The notes beneath the pieces are model-generated. The model worked only from the letters and a program-made list of their open reading frames with translations, was not told where the DNA came from and did not search any database. Position numbers and translations under genes: made by a program. Source: Eledone cirrhosa (Eukaryota). From it: 64,000 bases of DNA. Below are positions 38,620 through 53,044 of the stretch, one piece after another. Numbering within the stretch: position 1 is the stretch's first letter; each line of letters opens with the position of its first letter. Location: the NCBI GenBank assembly GCA_964016885.1, contig OZ024742.1:293818001-293882000 (forward strand), in the 5' to 3' direction.

Positions 38620-39482
38620 AGGGTCAAAGACACAATCAAGGAGAAGAACAGTAAAAGCTGTGGGACTGTCAACGATAGTTGCTGAGATGCTAATAGCATT
38701 GGGAGAAGTAAGAGTCAATCTAGTAACCCGCATAGTCAATCAAGTAATACAAGACGGAGTCATACCCAATGACTGGCACAGCAATACAATCATAAATTGC
38801 TACAAGGGCAAATATGAAGCTCTAGAAGGGAGCAACTGTAGAGGAATAAAGCTAATGGACCAAGTTATGAAAGTGACAGAAAGAGCTATAGTGCAGCTAA
38901 TTAAGGAAAGAGTCAAAATAGATGAGATGTAGTTTGGTTTCATGCCTGTGAAAAGTACTACAGATACCCTCTTCCTAGTGAGGCAACTACAAGAGAAATT
39001 CCTAGTCAAAAGTAAGCCACTATATTTAGCTTTTGTTGATTTAGAAAAGGCATTTGACAGAGTAATGGGCTGTGACTGCAGAGGGCATGCGTAAACTGGA
39101 GAGAAATGAAACAACCGTGCTCTGTGGGATGTGCAATGTGAGTGTGAGTGAAAGATAGAGCTTGGACGAGCCAAAAGAGAAGCTAGGTTAAAGAGGAATC
39201 CAAGGTGGTGTACAGGAGAGAAGTCTGTGTTGGTATGAACGTGTGATATGCATGGATGATGACTGATGGGTCAAGAAGTGCCAAGAAATCCCAGTGGAAG
39301 GAAGCTACAGTAGAGGTAGACCAAGGAAGACCCGAGCAGAGGTTGTGAGAGCTGAGCTCAAATCACTGAAACTTGCAGAGGAGATGACAAAGGAACGCAA
39401 CGAGTGGAGAGGTGCCATGCTGAGGACATGTCAACCCATGCAAACATGGAAAAACGGACATAAAATGATGATGATGATGATA
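38620..39482 (+). mobile_element. RTE LINE fragment with the RT core deleted
   Basis: IPNDW..YKGK..RGIKLMDQVMKV..DLEKAFDRV is joined directly to the AVTAE..KLERNE region; ends GRPRKT and a (GAT)n tail. Confidence 0.88.
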
Positions 39483-41908
39483 ATATATATATATATGGTG
39501 ATGGAATGGAAAGGACAGACACATAGGAAAGTCTTTCTTCTCTCAATTATATCTTAACATCAACTAAAGAATTGATATTCTCTCCAGAGTATAACCATGC
39601 TTCCTGTTTTTCCTTTAATCATTTATGTATACATGTATGTATGTATGTATGTATTCTAGGCAGAATTCTGGGAGAAGGAAAACTCTGATATAACACCTGC
39701 AACCCTGATGGTATCCAATGATGTTGACTTGTTCTTCTTTTTGGTAAATATCATCTTGGTTAAGAGAGTGGGACTGGCTTTGTGCAGTGCCTTTGCTCAC
39801 TATAAAAGCTTCACGGCACAGGCATTGCTTTATATCTGGAGATCTCTCTGCACTTGTCGTCACATGGTACCATGGGCCCAGCACTATGTGTCAATAATTG
39901 TCACAAGTGTAGTGTTTGTACCAGAGTTTTCAAGTCCCAGGCTGGACTAAAAAGCCACACTCGTTCAGCACATTGGTAGGGGTTCTCCTACATGGATATA
40001 AAGTAGTGACCGTACTCGAAAACGAGTTGGCAGCCGCCATGTATGTATGTATTATGTGTGTGTATGTATGTATATATGTATTTATGTATGTATGAAAGTA
40101 TGTATATATGTATATATTAATGTATGTATGAAGGTGTGTATGTATGTATGTATGTATGTATGTGTGTGTATATGTACGTATATATGTTCTTCTGGTTTCA
40201 TTATTTTATGAATTTTTACCAATACAGAGAGAGACGGTTTCTAACATAGATACAAGACTCTTTCATTGAAATTTAGACAACATCAACTAGGTATATAAGT
40301 ATGTGTATCTGCATGTGTGTGTGTGTGCAATGTGTGTGTGTGTGTGCAGGTATGGATGTTATTATATGTGTGGATCTGTATGGTTTGAGTTACATGTATA
40401 CACGTGCATATGTTTTGTATCTGTATATGTGTATATGCAGTTATTACAAACAGAATTTTTGGAATGTTTTACATATTTTTACAGTTCCATTAATGGATTG
40501 TACTTGTAACTTCCTAACTAACCGTGTTCTTTCTAATTCTGTGAAGCACAGCTTCTCAATATTTGTATGTATGTATTCATGGCTTTGTGGTTAGGGTATT
40601 TAACTCACAATCGTAAGATTGTGAGTTCAATTCCCGGCTGTGTGTTGTATCCTTCAGCAAGACACTTTATTTCACGTTACTCCAGTTCACTCAGCTGGCA
40701 AAAATGAGTTGTACCTGTAATTCGAATGGCCAGCCTTGTCACATACTGTGTCACACTGAATCACCCTGAGAACTACATTAAAGCTATGCATGTCTGTGGA
40801 ATGCTCAGCCACTTCCACATTAATTTCATGAGCAGGCTGTTCCATTGATCAGATCAACTGAAACACTTGTCATCATAAACAATGGAGTGCCAGTTTTATG
40901 TATGTATGTATATATGTATATATGTATGTCAGGTCACTCTCGAGTACTACTGGTAACATGTAACTCAGTACAACCTGTCTCATGGTCGGGTCGTCGGCGA
41001 CTAAACCGGCAATCCCACCAAGCTTGTTTGGTGAGGAGGGTAATATTTGGACACCTTGCAAGATGAAATACAAGACCCGGCAAAGGGCAGAGGAACTCAA
41101 CAGAGCCAAAGGTTATCCAAATAGTACTTTTTTCTTTTCTTTTTTTTTTTTCACCTGGGAGTGAAAGGCCCCCAGTTGTTGTCACAACACCTTTCTAGGA
41201 GAGGGAAACTCTGAAAAAAATCTGCGGCTTCAGAAGCATCCGATGATGTTGACCAGTTCTCCTTTTCGGGTAGTGTTTTCAATGTTCAGAGAGTAGGGTT
41301 GGTCGAGTGCAAGGCCTTTCCCCACTTAAAATACCTTCAAAGCACAGGCATTGCTTGTTCAGGTTATGTTACATGTTTGTGTGACTGGCCGTAGCCTAAA
41401 AGTGCACCAAACTCTATAATCTGACAAGCAATTGCAGTACTCTTAGCAGAATTTGCAGCCATCATATATGTATGTATGTATGTTTCTAACAAGCCGAATT
41501 TCTTCATTAGATCATTATTGTCATTGTTGCTGTTGATTAGTACCAGGTCGGCCATAATTCAGCAGACCTATGACCAAAATCACTCCAGCCACAACCAGTC
41601 CATCTTTTTATATACCTCAGACAGCACTGTCCAATGTGTCCTTTCTTTTTAACCTTTTAACCCTATTAAAACCGGTCATAACTGGCCACTCATATTGACG
41701 TTAAGGTATTGTTCTCAAAATAAGTAATATCAAAATCTCATAGATTCGATATTATGTGAGATAAGTGTTTACTGTGAAAATATAATAGTAAATATAGAGT
41801 AATGTGGATGATAAAGGGTTAAGACAGTAGGATTGCATTTGAGGGAGACGAGGCTGCTATATCTAATATGTCTAGTGACTGTGTAGAAGCTCTCTCATTG
41901 ATTCATAT

Positions 41909-42148
41909 TTAACCCTTTCATGACTTCAATTCTGATGAAATACACTCTATTTCAATTAATTCATGAAGAATTTTGAGGAATTTATTAAAACTATTAATTA
42001 TTTCATTACTAAGATAGTAACTTAATGTAAGGTTCTTATATAAAATTATGTTGGAAGATTTTAATTCAAACTGGAAACCTTTAAAATAGGTGCTTTTATT
42101 TCATAGGACCAGAGCTAGTTTTGGTTAGATTGGTAACTAAAGGGTTAA
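41909..42148. mobile_element. Second TTAA-CCC MITE family
   Basis: TTAACCCTTTCATGAC...GTAACTAAAGGGTTAA; related decayed pieces near 4650-4880 and 35533-36179. Confidence 0.6.
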
Positions 42149-43158
42149 GTTAGTCTAAGTCATCTGGTATTACTCCTATATAGATTTATTCTTCCACTGC
42201 TTCCAGACATTGGACTGTGGCCATGCTGGAGTATTGCTTAAGTTAAACATATTGACTTTGACCCCTGTACATATTTCAGTTGAGTATTTATTTAATTGAA
42301 TCATTAAGTTTTTATACATAAAATATATGCAATAAGAAATACTGGGTTACACTGGCAAAAATAAGCACAGACACAAATACATGCACATACACACACTCTC
42401 ACACATATTAATGTTATATATATTAGGTATATATATATATTTATATATATATATATATATATATTATCATTATTAATAGTGACTGTTTACTTCAAAATTT
42501 CTCTGATACTGGCTTCAGTGCATGTATAGTGTACTTAAGTGCACAAACCAATAATAAAACAAATATTTATGAGTATGTATGTGTGTTTATGCATGTAATT
42601 ATGTATGCATATATGTGTGTCTATGTATATGTGTATATATGTATATATATATGTATGGATGCATGTGTGTGTATGTATGTATATGTGTATGTATGTATGT
42701 ATGTATGTTTGTATGTATGTGTGTAATAATGTATGGATGCATGTGTGTGTATATATGTATGTATATATGTTTGTATATATGTAATTATGTATGTCTATAT
42801 GTGTGTATGTCTATATGTGTGTCTGTATGTAATTAAGTATACATGTATGTATGTGTGTGTGTGTATGTATGTATGTGTGTATGTATGTATGTATGTATCT
42901 ATGTATGTATGTATGTATGTAATTATGTATGTATGCGTGTATGTATGTATGTATGTATCTATGTATGTATGTATGTATGTAATTATGTATGTATGTATGT
43001 GTGTGTTCACTTGCACATATACATATATGATGGGCTTCTGTAAAGTCAGTTTCCATGTACCAAATTCCACACGGACAAATTTGGTTTATTTCATAAAATA
43101 TATAATTAAATACACACACAACACACATATATATATACACACATATATATACGCACAC

Positions 43159-43206
<48 letters not shown>

Positions 43207-43523
43207 CTCTGTGTTTGTATATATACATGTATCTATATATGAAAAGTCAGAGTACAAAACACCTCTAGCAAAGTTCTTAACTCTGTCAGCCATAACTAAA
43301 GTATTTTAATCAAACACAGAAAAGCTGAAATAGTTTTTAACTCTGATGAATTGATAAATCATTTTTCTTCTTTGATATTCAGTTCAAAATGGAGACAAAC
43401 TTACTTACTAATCAACAGTTGGCTTTTTTATTTTTTACTTGCACATATTATATGTCTTATTCTAGATGCCAGACTTTGTTTTAGAGATTAACGTTTCAAT
43501 GGTTTGGTACAAATTATGTTAAA

Positions 43524-43807
43524 CCATCATCATCATTGCCTTCATCATTGCCATCATCATCATCATCATCATCACCACCATAATCATCATCAACATCATC
43601 ATTGCCATCATCATGAACATCATCATCAACATCAACATCATCATCATTATCATCGCCACCATCATCATCGACATCATCATCAACATCATCATCATTATCA
43701 TCACCACCATCATCATCCACATCATCATCAACATCAACATCATCCTCATTATCATCACCAACATCATCGTCATCATCATCACCACCACCACCACTATCAT
43801 CATCATC
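43524..43807. repeat. Degenerate (CAT)n tract, representative of many simple repeats
   Basis: Other large tracts lie near 2430-2800, 3210-3870, 25130-26230, 42570-43240, 45130-45830, 47540-48200, 53905-54105, 58640-59265 and 59600-59930. Confidence 0.9.
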
Positions 43808-43809
43808 AG

Positions 43810-44100
43810 ACAAATTTCAGACATGGAAGCAAAACCTGGAATCAAAAAAGACTCAGAGCCAACTTGGCTAAGTCTAAAGACCTAATAAGTAGAAAGGAAA
43901 ACAGGGTCTTGATTCCACCAGGGAAAAAGCCATTGCTCAGTAATTCCATTCTATGTACCAAATGTACGCTATGGGTACACATGAGACATAGTAAGATCTC
44001 AGGCAGATTGTAGGCTTTGTTTGTATCAGATGCACAGAAACAATAAGCAAACCAGGATAAGCACTGACCTGATAAGCTTCCAGTCTCGAGACAGACTTTA
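43810..44100 (+). mobile_element. RTE fragment spanning the PHD-like insert
   Basis: RRENR-like linker and NSILCTKCTLWVH, homologous to NSILCPKCKQWVH in the 55 kb copy. Confidence 0.7.
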
Positions 44101-44336
44101 GATACTCGTATATATATATGGGTGTATGTGTGTGTGTGTGTGTGTGTGTGGACACAGCAAAGTTGAATGGTTAAGTAGTTCACTTCACAATGATTAGGTC
44201 CTTAGTTCAAACCTACTGCATGGTATCATGGCCAAGTGTCATTTACTGTAGCCTCAAGTCAACCAATGCCTTGTTAGGGGAATTGGGTAGATGGAAACTG
44301 AAAGACTGTGGGATGGACCACTGTACTACCTGTAAT

Positions 44337-44571
44337 TTAACCCTTTAGCATTTAAACCAGCCATATCCAGCCAAAATTCTCTCACCTCTTTCTGTTCAAA
44401 CCGGCTCTAACCAGCTGCTCATATTGATGCTAAGATATTGTTCTCAAAATAAATTATAACATCATCAAAATCTAGTAGATTTGATATTATGTGAGATAAT
44501 TATGTGAGATAAAACCTTTACCACAAAAAGATAATAGTAAATATAGAGTAATGTAAATGCTAATGGGTTAA
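44337..44571. mobile_element. piggyBac-like TTAA MITE family, representative copy
   Basis: TTAA|CCCTTTAGCATT...AATGCTAA(A/T)GGG|TTAA; other copies at 1317-1523, 29379-29582, 35821-36045, 41657-41822, 46848-47076, 60174-63357 (split) and a fragment near 6995-7080. Confidence 0.88.
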
Positions 44572-45307
44572 AGGGCCAGCTTCATTACACATGGCATCAC
44601 TCTGAATCTCCCTGAAAAGTGCTTTAAGGGTAGACAAGTCTGTGAAATGTTCAGCTGTTTACACATTAATTTCACAAGCAGGCCAATCCATTGATTAAAC
44701 AACTGTTACACTCATCGTTTAAATCGACAGAGGTCTATTATGTGTGACTACAAGGTGCAATAAATTACAGCTGCTGATATACACTATACAACTAATGTTT
44801 CTAAGACCATTAGATATTACAAATGGTTCTTTAAATGAGATGTTTTGGTAATAATTGTGGTGTGTCCTGCTTAATAGACTAACATACTAATACATCAACA
44901 CACTAACATATAGAAAATGTGGTGTGTCCTGACTAACAGACTAACTGACTAACATACATACTTATGCACCATGAGATTAACACACCAATAGACTTACACA
45001 CCAGTAGACCAACTAACATGCATACATACACACCAACAGATTTACGCACCAACAGAATAACAGTCTAACACATCAACAGACAAACACAGCAACAGTCTAA
45101 CAGACAAACAGAACTGAAATATTGTACACCCATATAAATACACATACACACACACAAACACACATATACATATACTTGGAAACATACATACAGCATACAC
45201 ACAAACAACAAACATGCACTTATATGTATATATATGTCTATACGTATATATATATGTCTATACGTATATATATATGGATGTATATATATATGTATATGTT
45301 ATATGTG

Positions 45308-45338
<31 letters not shown>

Positions 45339-46344
45339 ACACATGCATACACATATACCTACTCACTAACTCACTTACCGATACAAAAATATTTTAATAG
45401 ATTTAATGCCATTTTTATTACATTAAAATTTATGCTTCATCCTACAACAGAACACACATAAACACACATACATACACATATAATGTATAAAATATATATA
45501 TTTATAAACATGTACATACACACACATATATTCACACATATTAATGTGTGTGTTCATATGTGCATGCATGTGTATGCGTATCTTTCTACATACATATATA
45601 CACACATACAAACATACACACACATACATACAAACATATACATGCACACACATACATACACATATACAAAGATACCATCACACATACATACATATATACA
45701 CATATATAAACATACCATCATACATACATACACACATTCATACATACATACACGCTTACATGCATACATATATACATACATACACACATAACACATACAC
45801 ACATATAGACAGACATACAGACATACAGACATGATAAATATATTTATTCCTCTATCTTTCTCTGCCATAGTTATTATACGTTATGCCCAATTTATAGTTC
45901 ACACATGACATCCCACCTATGAAATTGAGACAAAATATTATAGATAAACCAATAGTAACAGCTACTTTAATATCTTTCAGTCCTGGAGTTTTCAACATTT
46001 TCATAATGAGTAAGCCTGTATGTCAGAAACCAGCCCAAAGAGCCTTTTAAACAATAGCCCTTGTCATGGAACCCTGATCCTTTCGTTAACTCTAACTCTT
46101 TTTTTTTTTTTTATAAGTCATTGATCTTACTGTACAGAAACCAGCTGAGTGTGCCATGATCATCATCTTCTTCATCATCATCATCACATGAGTGTGCCTG
46201 TATATCAGAAACTACACCCCAAAACTTTTTAAACAATCGACCTCCTCATGGAACCCTTATCCCTTTATTGGCCCTATACATCTACAAAAATGAATAAGGT
46301 AGATAAATATATCAGAAAACTGAATATAAAGGAAGATAAACTAA

Positions 46345-46575
46345 TACCAGGGATTGTCCAGCTGCTTCCTCTTCACACAGGTTGCTGTCGAGACCTCAAG
46401 CATACTTGGACCCCGTACTGCTGAGCTCCTCAAGATCAGACCATCAGCAGCCCATCTGAGGAAGGAGCCCTGTGAGGTGGATTGGCTGTTGCAGCGGGTG
46501 TCACTGACCATTGTCCACGGGAATGCTTTTGTTGTCTTTTTCACAGGGCACAACCACAATACTGCCATGCCATAG
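46345..46575 (+). mobile_element. CRE-like RLE non-LTR C-terminal relic
   Basis: VAVETSSILGP..EP..WLLQRVSLTIVHGNA resembles the AVETxG..QRxSxAxxRGNA terminus of CRE-type elements. Confidence 0.7.
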
Positions 46576-49091
46576 GCCTAGAGCCAATCACCCTCCCCAT
46601 TCTTCTGTGACCCTAGAGCTCTTGTCTTTCCCTTCCTTTTCCGTTTTCATAACCACAAAAAACATTTGAATGTTTTACAATAAATCTAGTTGACAAATAC
46701 ATAGACAGCAAAGACTAATCTACAATACTTATAAAAAGGTTCAGTGACCACCAATACTGCTCCTCCCCAGGAATCTATGCTGACCACTTTGGGGACCCCT
46801 GCTCTATGTAGTCACTTGACCTACAAGAAATAGTAGCTGATTCACTCTTAACCCTTTATCATTTACATTACTCTATATTTATCATTGTATTTTCATGGTA
46901 CAGGCTTTATCTCACATAATTATCTCACATAATATTGAATATATGAGATTTTGATATTATTTCTTTTGAGGACAATACCTTAACATCAGTATGAGCGGTC
47001 AGTTACAGCTAGTTTGAACAGAAAGAGGTGAAAAAATTCTGACCAGATACAGCTGGTGTAAATGCTAAAGGGTTAATGAATGCAATATTTCACAGCTCTA
47101 GAATCAATCAATCCTTTATGGTAAGCCAATGAACTTTTCAGCCAACCCTTGTATACAACTTTCTCCATATTTTCTGATCTGCAGTGAGTTCTTTCAAGAT
47201 ACTTTACATTGTCTTTCTCACAGGTTTCCAACCATTTACTAGAGCCCTTGTACATATTGATGCCAACAATGCTGTGTGGGACAATAGTTGAATAAGGAAG
47301 GCAGAATAGAAACCATTAGAAACTCATTCTACAAATCTTTCTCCCATTTAATCCCTGCTAAGTTATTTTAGAAAATAAGATTAGGAAAAAAGAACTGGAG
47401 GTTTTCTTTAGTTGTTCATATTTTTATTTTGTAGGTTATTTCTTCCCAGATATTTCAGTAATCCAATACATTATTTGTATAAAGAATATAAATGGGAAAA
47501 TCTGAAGTGGTAATGTTACTAGAATTCTTAAAGAAATAAACACACACACATACCACACACATACACACATATATATATATATATACAAACAAAAACACAC
47601 ATATAGACATATATATATACACACACATATACAAGCATACATATATACACAATACATACATAGACATGTACATACAAACGTACATATATACAATCACAAT
47701 CACACACATACATACACGCATGCATATATACATACATACATACATACATACATGCATATATACATACATACTTACATACATACATATATACATACATACA
47801 TATATACATACATGCATATATACATACATATGTGTACACATATAAAGCAAAACAAACAGATCCACATATACAATTACATCCATACCTGCACACACACACA
47901 TGCTCGCATGCAAAGATGCTTATATATTTACCTAGCTCACATGTAAATTCCAATGAAAGAGTCTTGTGTCTATGTTAGAAACTGTCTCTCTTCTCTATTG
48001 GTAAACATTTATGAAATAATGAAACTGGAAGAACATACATACATATATACATACATACATATATACATATGTACATACGTACGTACATATATACATACAT
48101 GCATACACATACATACGTAAAAGCACATACACACATGCATGCACACATACATGCACACATGCGTGCGTGCACACACATGCGCGCACATGCATACATACAT
48201 GGGAGGGTAGGTCTTCTCAAGTACAGTATGTTGCCATGGTCTTTTGCAATCTCCATTGTGAGGTTCAGTTTCTTAAGGTTGGTCTTTACAATCACATCCC
48301 AAGTCTTCTCTAGGAAGATATAATAAGCCTTTCTAATGGGCGGCAAAATATGTTTTCTTTGGCAATTAAAAGATAATAACTTAGTCTTAGATGGATAGAA
48401 GTAAACAATCCATTTTGTGTCCAACTCCACAAAAGATTGATGGTCAAATTAAAGATAAGCTGCCATTTCAACTTTATCATGAGTAAAGAGCTGAGCCCTC
48501 AGCAAAGAAACCAATTTGGTTATAGTTGTCCCAACCACTGAGATTTCTCTACATTTCTTTACATAGCTGTCATCTTCCATATACATCACACATCCATCCA
48601 TACAATGCAGTCTTCTCTCTTCCACATTACAGCCAATCCTCCATATACTAATTTCCAGTCTTGTGACTGTGGAAAAGAAACTAAATATTATTATTGGTGT
48701 TGTTCTAACTTTGTCTTGCATCTTTACGAGGCTAATAAAATAAAGTATCAGTAACATAGAGGTCAATTTAATTGACTTTCCCCTTCCACAAAATTGTTAG
48801 CCTTGTGTCAAAATCAGAAACGATTAAGAGTTGTGGATTGACAGTATCGTTAGAGCTTGGGACAAAATGTTAAATAGTGTTTAATTACAGCCTTTTATAT
48901 TCTGTGTTCAATAAATACAAAACACACACAGTCTAAAGAATTGTATATTTTATCTTACCTTATATTTCATTGACCTAGAGTCCTAGAGATCCTGGAATCA
49001 CTTGAGACTCTCTTTTTTAGACTACCCAATAAAATGTATATATATATATGTGTATAAATAGGCTGCTTTCTTCAAATATAAGAACTATATA

Positions 49092-52000
49092 TCTATATAT
49101 ATAAATCTGAGGATGTGTGTGTTAAGGTTTGTAACGGATTCACGTCCACAATTTCCAACGGATTCTATTCAAAGTCGGAATAATTATTGCTTTTGGTCAG
49201 GAAAAGGTCATGAAGCAAAAATTTCAAATCCATCAACAATAAGGGCAAAAATCGATCATGATCATTCCCCCTCTATAATTTAACTGCTTTACTCTCTCTG
49301 TCGCTCTTCACTCCCTATATGGAGCGTTCCGTATTGAACATTCCGTATTGACATACGGCTTATCTGAGGCACTTTCAATCAGTTTATTGCAAATAGCAAC
49401 CTGCAAAATAACACTTCATATAACAGATTAATGCTATAGACATATGAATCGGAATGTAACCCGTGAACTTTTTCCTGGGCAAAATTATTCGAACAGACAT
49501 GACCTTATTGCCAGAGTGTTCAGACTGAAAGTGGCTAAACTCATGGCTTTAATCAAAAAGGGTCAGGTATTTGGGGCTGTAAAATGTGACATGTTCACCG
49601 TCAAATGGCAAAAACGAGGGCTGCCACATGCTCACATTTTGATTTTGTTAGCTGATAAAATCAATTCAAATGCCATAGACAGCTTCATTTCAGCTGAAAT
49701 CCCTAACCCAGCAACTGACCAGAAATTACATGACATCGTCAAAGCTAACATGGTCCGTGTGCGTCGGTTCCTAATGAGCATCACACGTGTCTGAAAGGGG
49801 GTCGTGCAGTAAGGGATACCAAAAAAAATTTGTTGACCAGACTCAGACTGGTGGCGACGGGTACCCCCTGTACAGGTGGAGATGGCCCGAGAACGGTGGC
49901 TTCACCACAACAGTAAAGGGAGGTCAAGTCGACAATAGATGGGTGGTCCCTTACTGCCCGCTTCTCTTGAAGATGTTCAACGCCCACATCATGAGTTTTG
50001 CAACTCCGTCAAGTCAATAAAATACATATGCAAATATGTAAATAAGGGCTTTGATGCTGCAATGTTCGCATTTCAAGCTGAAAATAGCAGGGACAAGGTC
50101 ACAGAATACCTGGCGGGGTGGTACATCAGGAGCAATGAAGCTTTTTGGGGCCTATTTGGTTTACCCCTACACCAACGGCACCCCGCCATCGTACAGCTTG
50201 CGGTACATTTGGAAAATAGGCAAAGGGTTTCCTTTACGGACCAAACCGCCGCCAAGTTGGCCGCTGATCCGAAAGAGACCACTCTGACGGATTTCTTCAA
50301 ACTTTGCCAGTTCGATACATTTGCGCAAACAATTGTGTACCCCCAGGTTCCATCCGACTTTATATGGTCGAAAAACACTTGGGTGCGAAGAAAGTCAGAT
50401 CAGGCTGTTGAAAGACATCCTGGTGTAAAATTTGACAGCTGTCTTGGAAGGGGTTACACTGTGCCCCCAAGTCAGCATGAGTGCTTTCATCTCTGCCTTC
50501 TTCTGCATGAAGTTGTAGGCCCACAAAGTTTTCAGGACCTCAAAACTATTGATGGAGAAATATGTGATACGTACCGAGAAGCCTGCTTTAAGCGTGGTCT
50601 TTTGGAAGATGATTCGCAATGGGATTCCACTTTAGCAGAGGGTGCTTTGTTGAAATCACCTAATCTACGGGAACTCTTTGCCATTTTGCTTCAAAAGTGT
50701 GAATTGGGTGATCCCAAATCTTTATGGGTCAAGTACAGAGACTTCATGTCTGAGGACTTCCTACGCCTGGCTCATCTGCAGTATCCTTCAGTGGAAGTTG
50801 GTTACAGCGACATTATCTACAACAGGGCACTCATTTATATCGAGGACACCCTCCTCGACATGGGTGAGAGGGAGTTGGCGACGTATGGCTTGCCGTCAAC
50901 CGTCAGAGAGGAAGCTAACACGTTGGCCCCAGATTTGTTGTGGGAAACAGCATATGACATTGAATCTCTTTCCCAATACTTAGAGGTAAATGAGCCCAAA
51001 CTTCTGTCAGGCCAAAGGTTGGCCTATTTAACTATCATTGACGCGGTCCAAAATCAGACTGGGGGTATTATTTTCTCGATGCTCCTGGGGGTACCGGAAA
51101 AACTTTTGTAACAAAATTGATTCTCGCTAAGATTCGTCAGGAGAAAAAAATCGCATTGGCCATTGCATCATCTGGGATCGCTGCTACTTTGCTACCGAGA
51201 GGCAGGACAGCACATTCAACCTTTAAACTCCCCTTGGATTTAGTAAAAACTGAGACACCAACATGCAATATCAGCAAGAGTTCACACGAAGCTCTGGTTC
51301 TCAAAAAATGTTGCCTCATTGTTTGGGATGAGTGCACAATGGCACACAAGGGTGCCCTTGAGGCATTGGACAGGACCCTGAAAGACATTAGGGATTCTAC
51401 GGCTCCTATGGGTGGCGTAACCCTTCTGCTATCAGGGGATTTTTGGCAAACGCTGCCTGTCATCCCCAAAGGGACAAGAGCTGATGAAGTGCGTGCCTGC
51501 CTTAAGTCATCCATGTTGTGGTTCCAGGTGAAGAGTTTGTACCTGAGCACAAATATGCGTGCTCATTTGCATGGTGACAACATGTCTGCAGCATTTGCTC
51601 AGAACATTTTAGCACTTGGTGAGGGCAAGGTCCCTGCGGATGACAAGGACGGCATAGCAATCGACTCCCTGTGCAACATTGTGAGCAGCCCTTCTGACCT
51701 TTGGGAAGCAGTTTTTCCTAATGTCTCATCTAACTTTAAAAACCTCGATTGGCTTAGCGAAAGAGCCATCCTTGCTCCGAAAAATACCATGGTTAATTTT
51801 ATTAACAAGCAGCTGATTGAGAAGATTCCCGGTAAAGAGCACATCTTCAAATCTATCGACCGGACGTCAGACACCGACGATATCGTTAATTATCCAGTTG
51901 AGTTATTAAATTCCCTTGAGCCCCCAGGGCTCCCACCTCACATTCTTAAGCTTAGGGTTGGCTGTCCCGTTATGCTAATAAGGAACTTGCGTCCACCAAA

Positions 52001-52686
52001 GCAGTGCAACGGTACTCGCATGGTCGTCAAGTCACTGACACCCACTTGATTGAGGCCACCATTGTAACGGGGTGCGGGAGAGGAGAGAATGTTTTCATTC
52101 CAAGGATGAACCTTTTCCCCTCGGCGTCAGATATCCCGTTCGATTTCCGGCGATCCCTATTCCCGGTGAAACCATGTTTTGCCATGTCCATTAACAAGTC
52201 ACAAGAGCAAACATTGTCGGTGGCGGGCACCCATTTTGGGAAGCCATGCTTCTTCCATGGCCAACTTTATGTTGCCTGTTCCCGCGTAGGGAGCAGGAAT
52301 TGACTTTTTGCTTACACTCCTCAAGGGATGACACGCAATATCATCTACAAAGAGGTGCTATAGATGTTGGTGCAGGTGTTGGGGGTGTTGGAGCTATGCC
52401 GTCTGGAAAACTATTTCCTGGTAGGGTCACCCATGGCAGACAGATCTGACACCCAGCGGCATCAGGCCCACTATCTTGCAACTTTGGTCTACTAAATTCG
52501 TTATTGGAAGATTATTAACCCATCATTGATTGTCGAAAATGCTAATTGGTTTGTAACATTTAATACCCGGTTCAACTGCTTTATGCACTTAATTGATAAG
52601 CTTATTCGCTTTCAAGCCATGTTTACCTCTATGTAACTTTTCATAGCAAATGAACAAACCCGAGCAGCGCCGGGCTAAACTGCTAG
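49092..52686 (+). mobile_element. Helitron, internally deleted and frameshifted Rep/Pif1-helicase
   Basis: a|TCTATATATATAAA 5' end; 3' hairpin CCCGAGCAGCGCCGGG then CTAG|t. Rep motifs WQKRGLPHAH and SIKYICKYVNKG; helicase motifs DAPGGTGKTF (at a frameshift near 51070), WDECTM, GDFWQ, FAMSINKSQ and HGQLYVACSRV, split over five ORFs. Confidence 0.95.
49444..52303 (+). pseudogene. Helitron RepHel pseudogene
   Basis: ORFs 49444-49794, 49787-50020, 49939-51111, 51117-52049 and 52004-52303 are consecutive pieces of one RepHel protein in different frames; the Rep N-terminus is missing. Confidence 0.9.
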
Positions 52687-53044
52687 TATATATATATATG
52701 GAATGTAGAAAAGTGACACACAAATTGATATATATAAACAAATAGTAAAAAGGAAAAAATTCAGTAGAAAATGCTGGAGGGATTTTTTCAGTATATCAAA
52801 ACATTTATTTATAAAGTGGGTATTTCCGCATTTAATAGTGGTACCGGTTTCAGCATTATATGCTTTTTTAACGGTGGATATTATATTCAGGGAAATTTGT
52901 TATAATGAAAATTTTTTTATAATGAGATCGACCAAAACAAATCGAGCATTTGTTTGTTATTACTTCATTATAGTAGAATTTTACCTGCATATATAGGTGT
53001 GTGTATATGTGTATGGGTATGTGTATGTATACATATGTATACAT

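Noticed and set aside
43504-44013. His-rich or Asp-rich proteins
   Set aside because: Translation of a (CAT)n tract joined to an RTE fragment.
49444-52303. Host PIF1 helicase gene
   Set aside because: Fused to HUH Rep motifs, intronless, frameshifted and bounded by Helitron termini.
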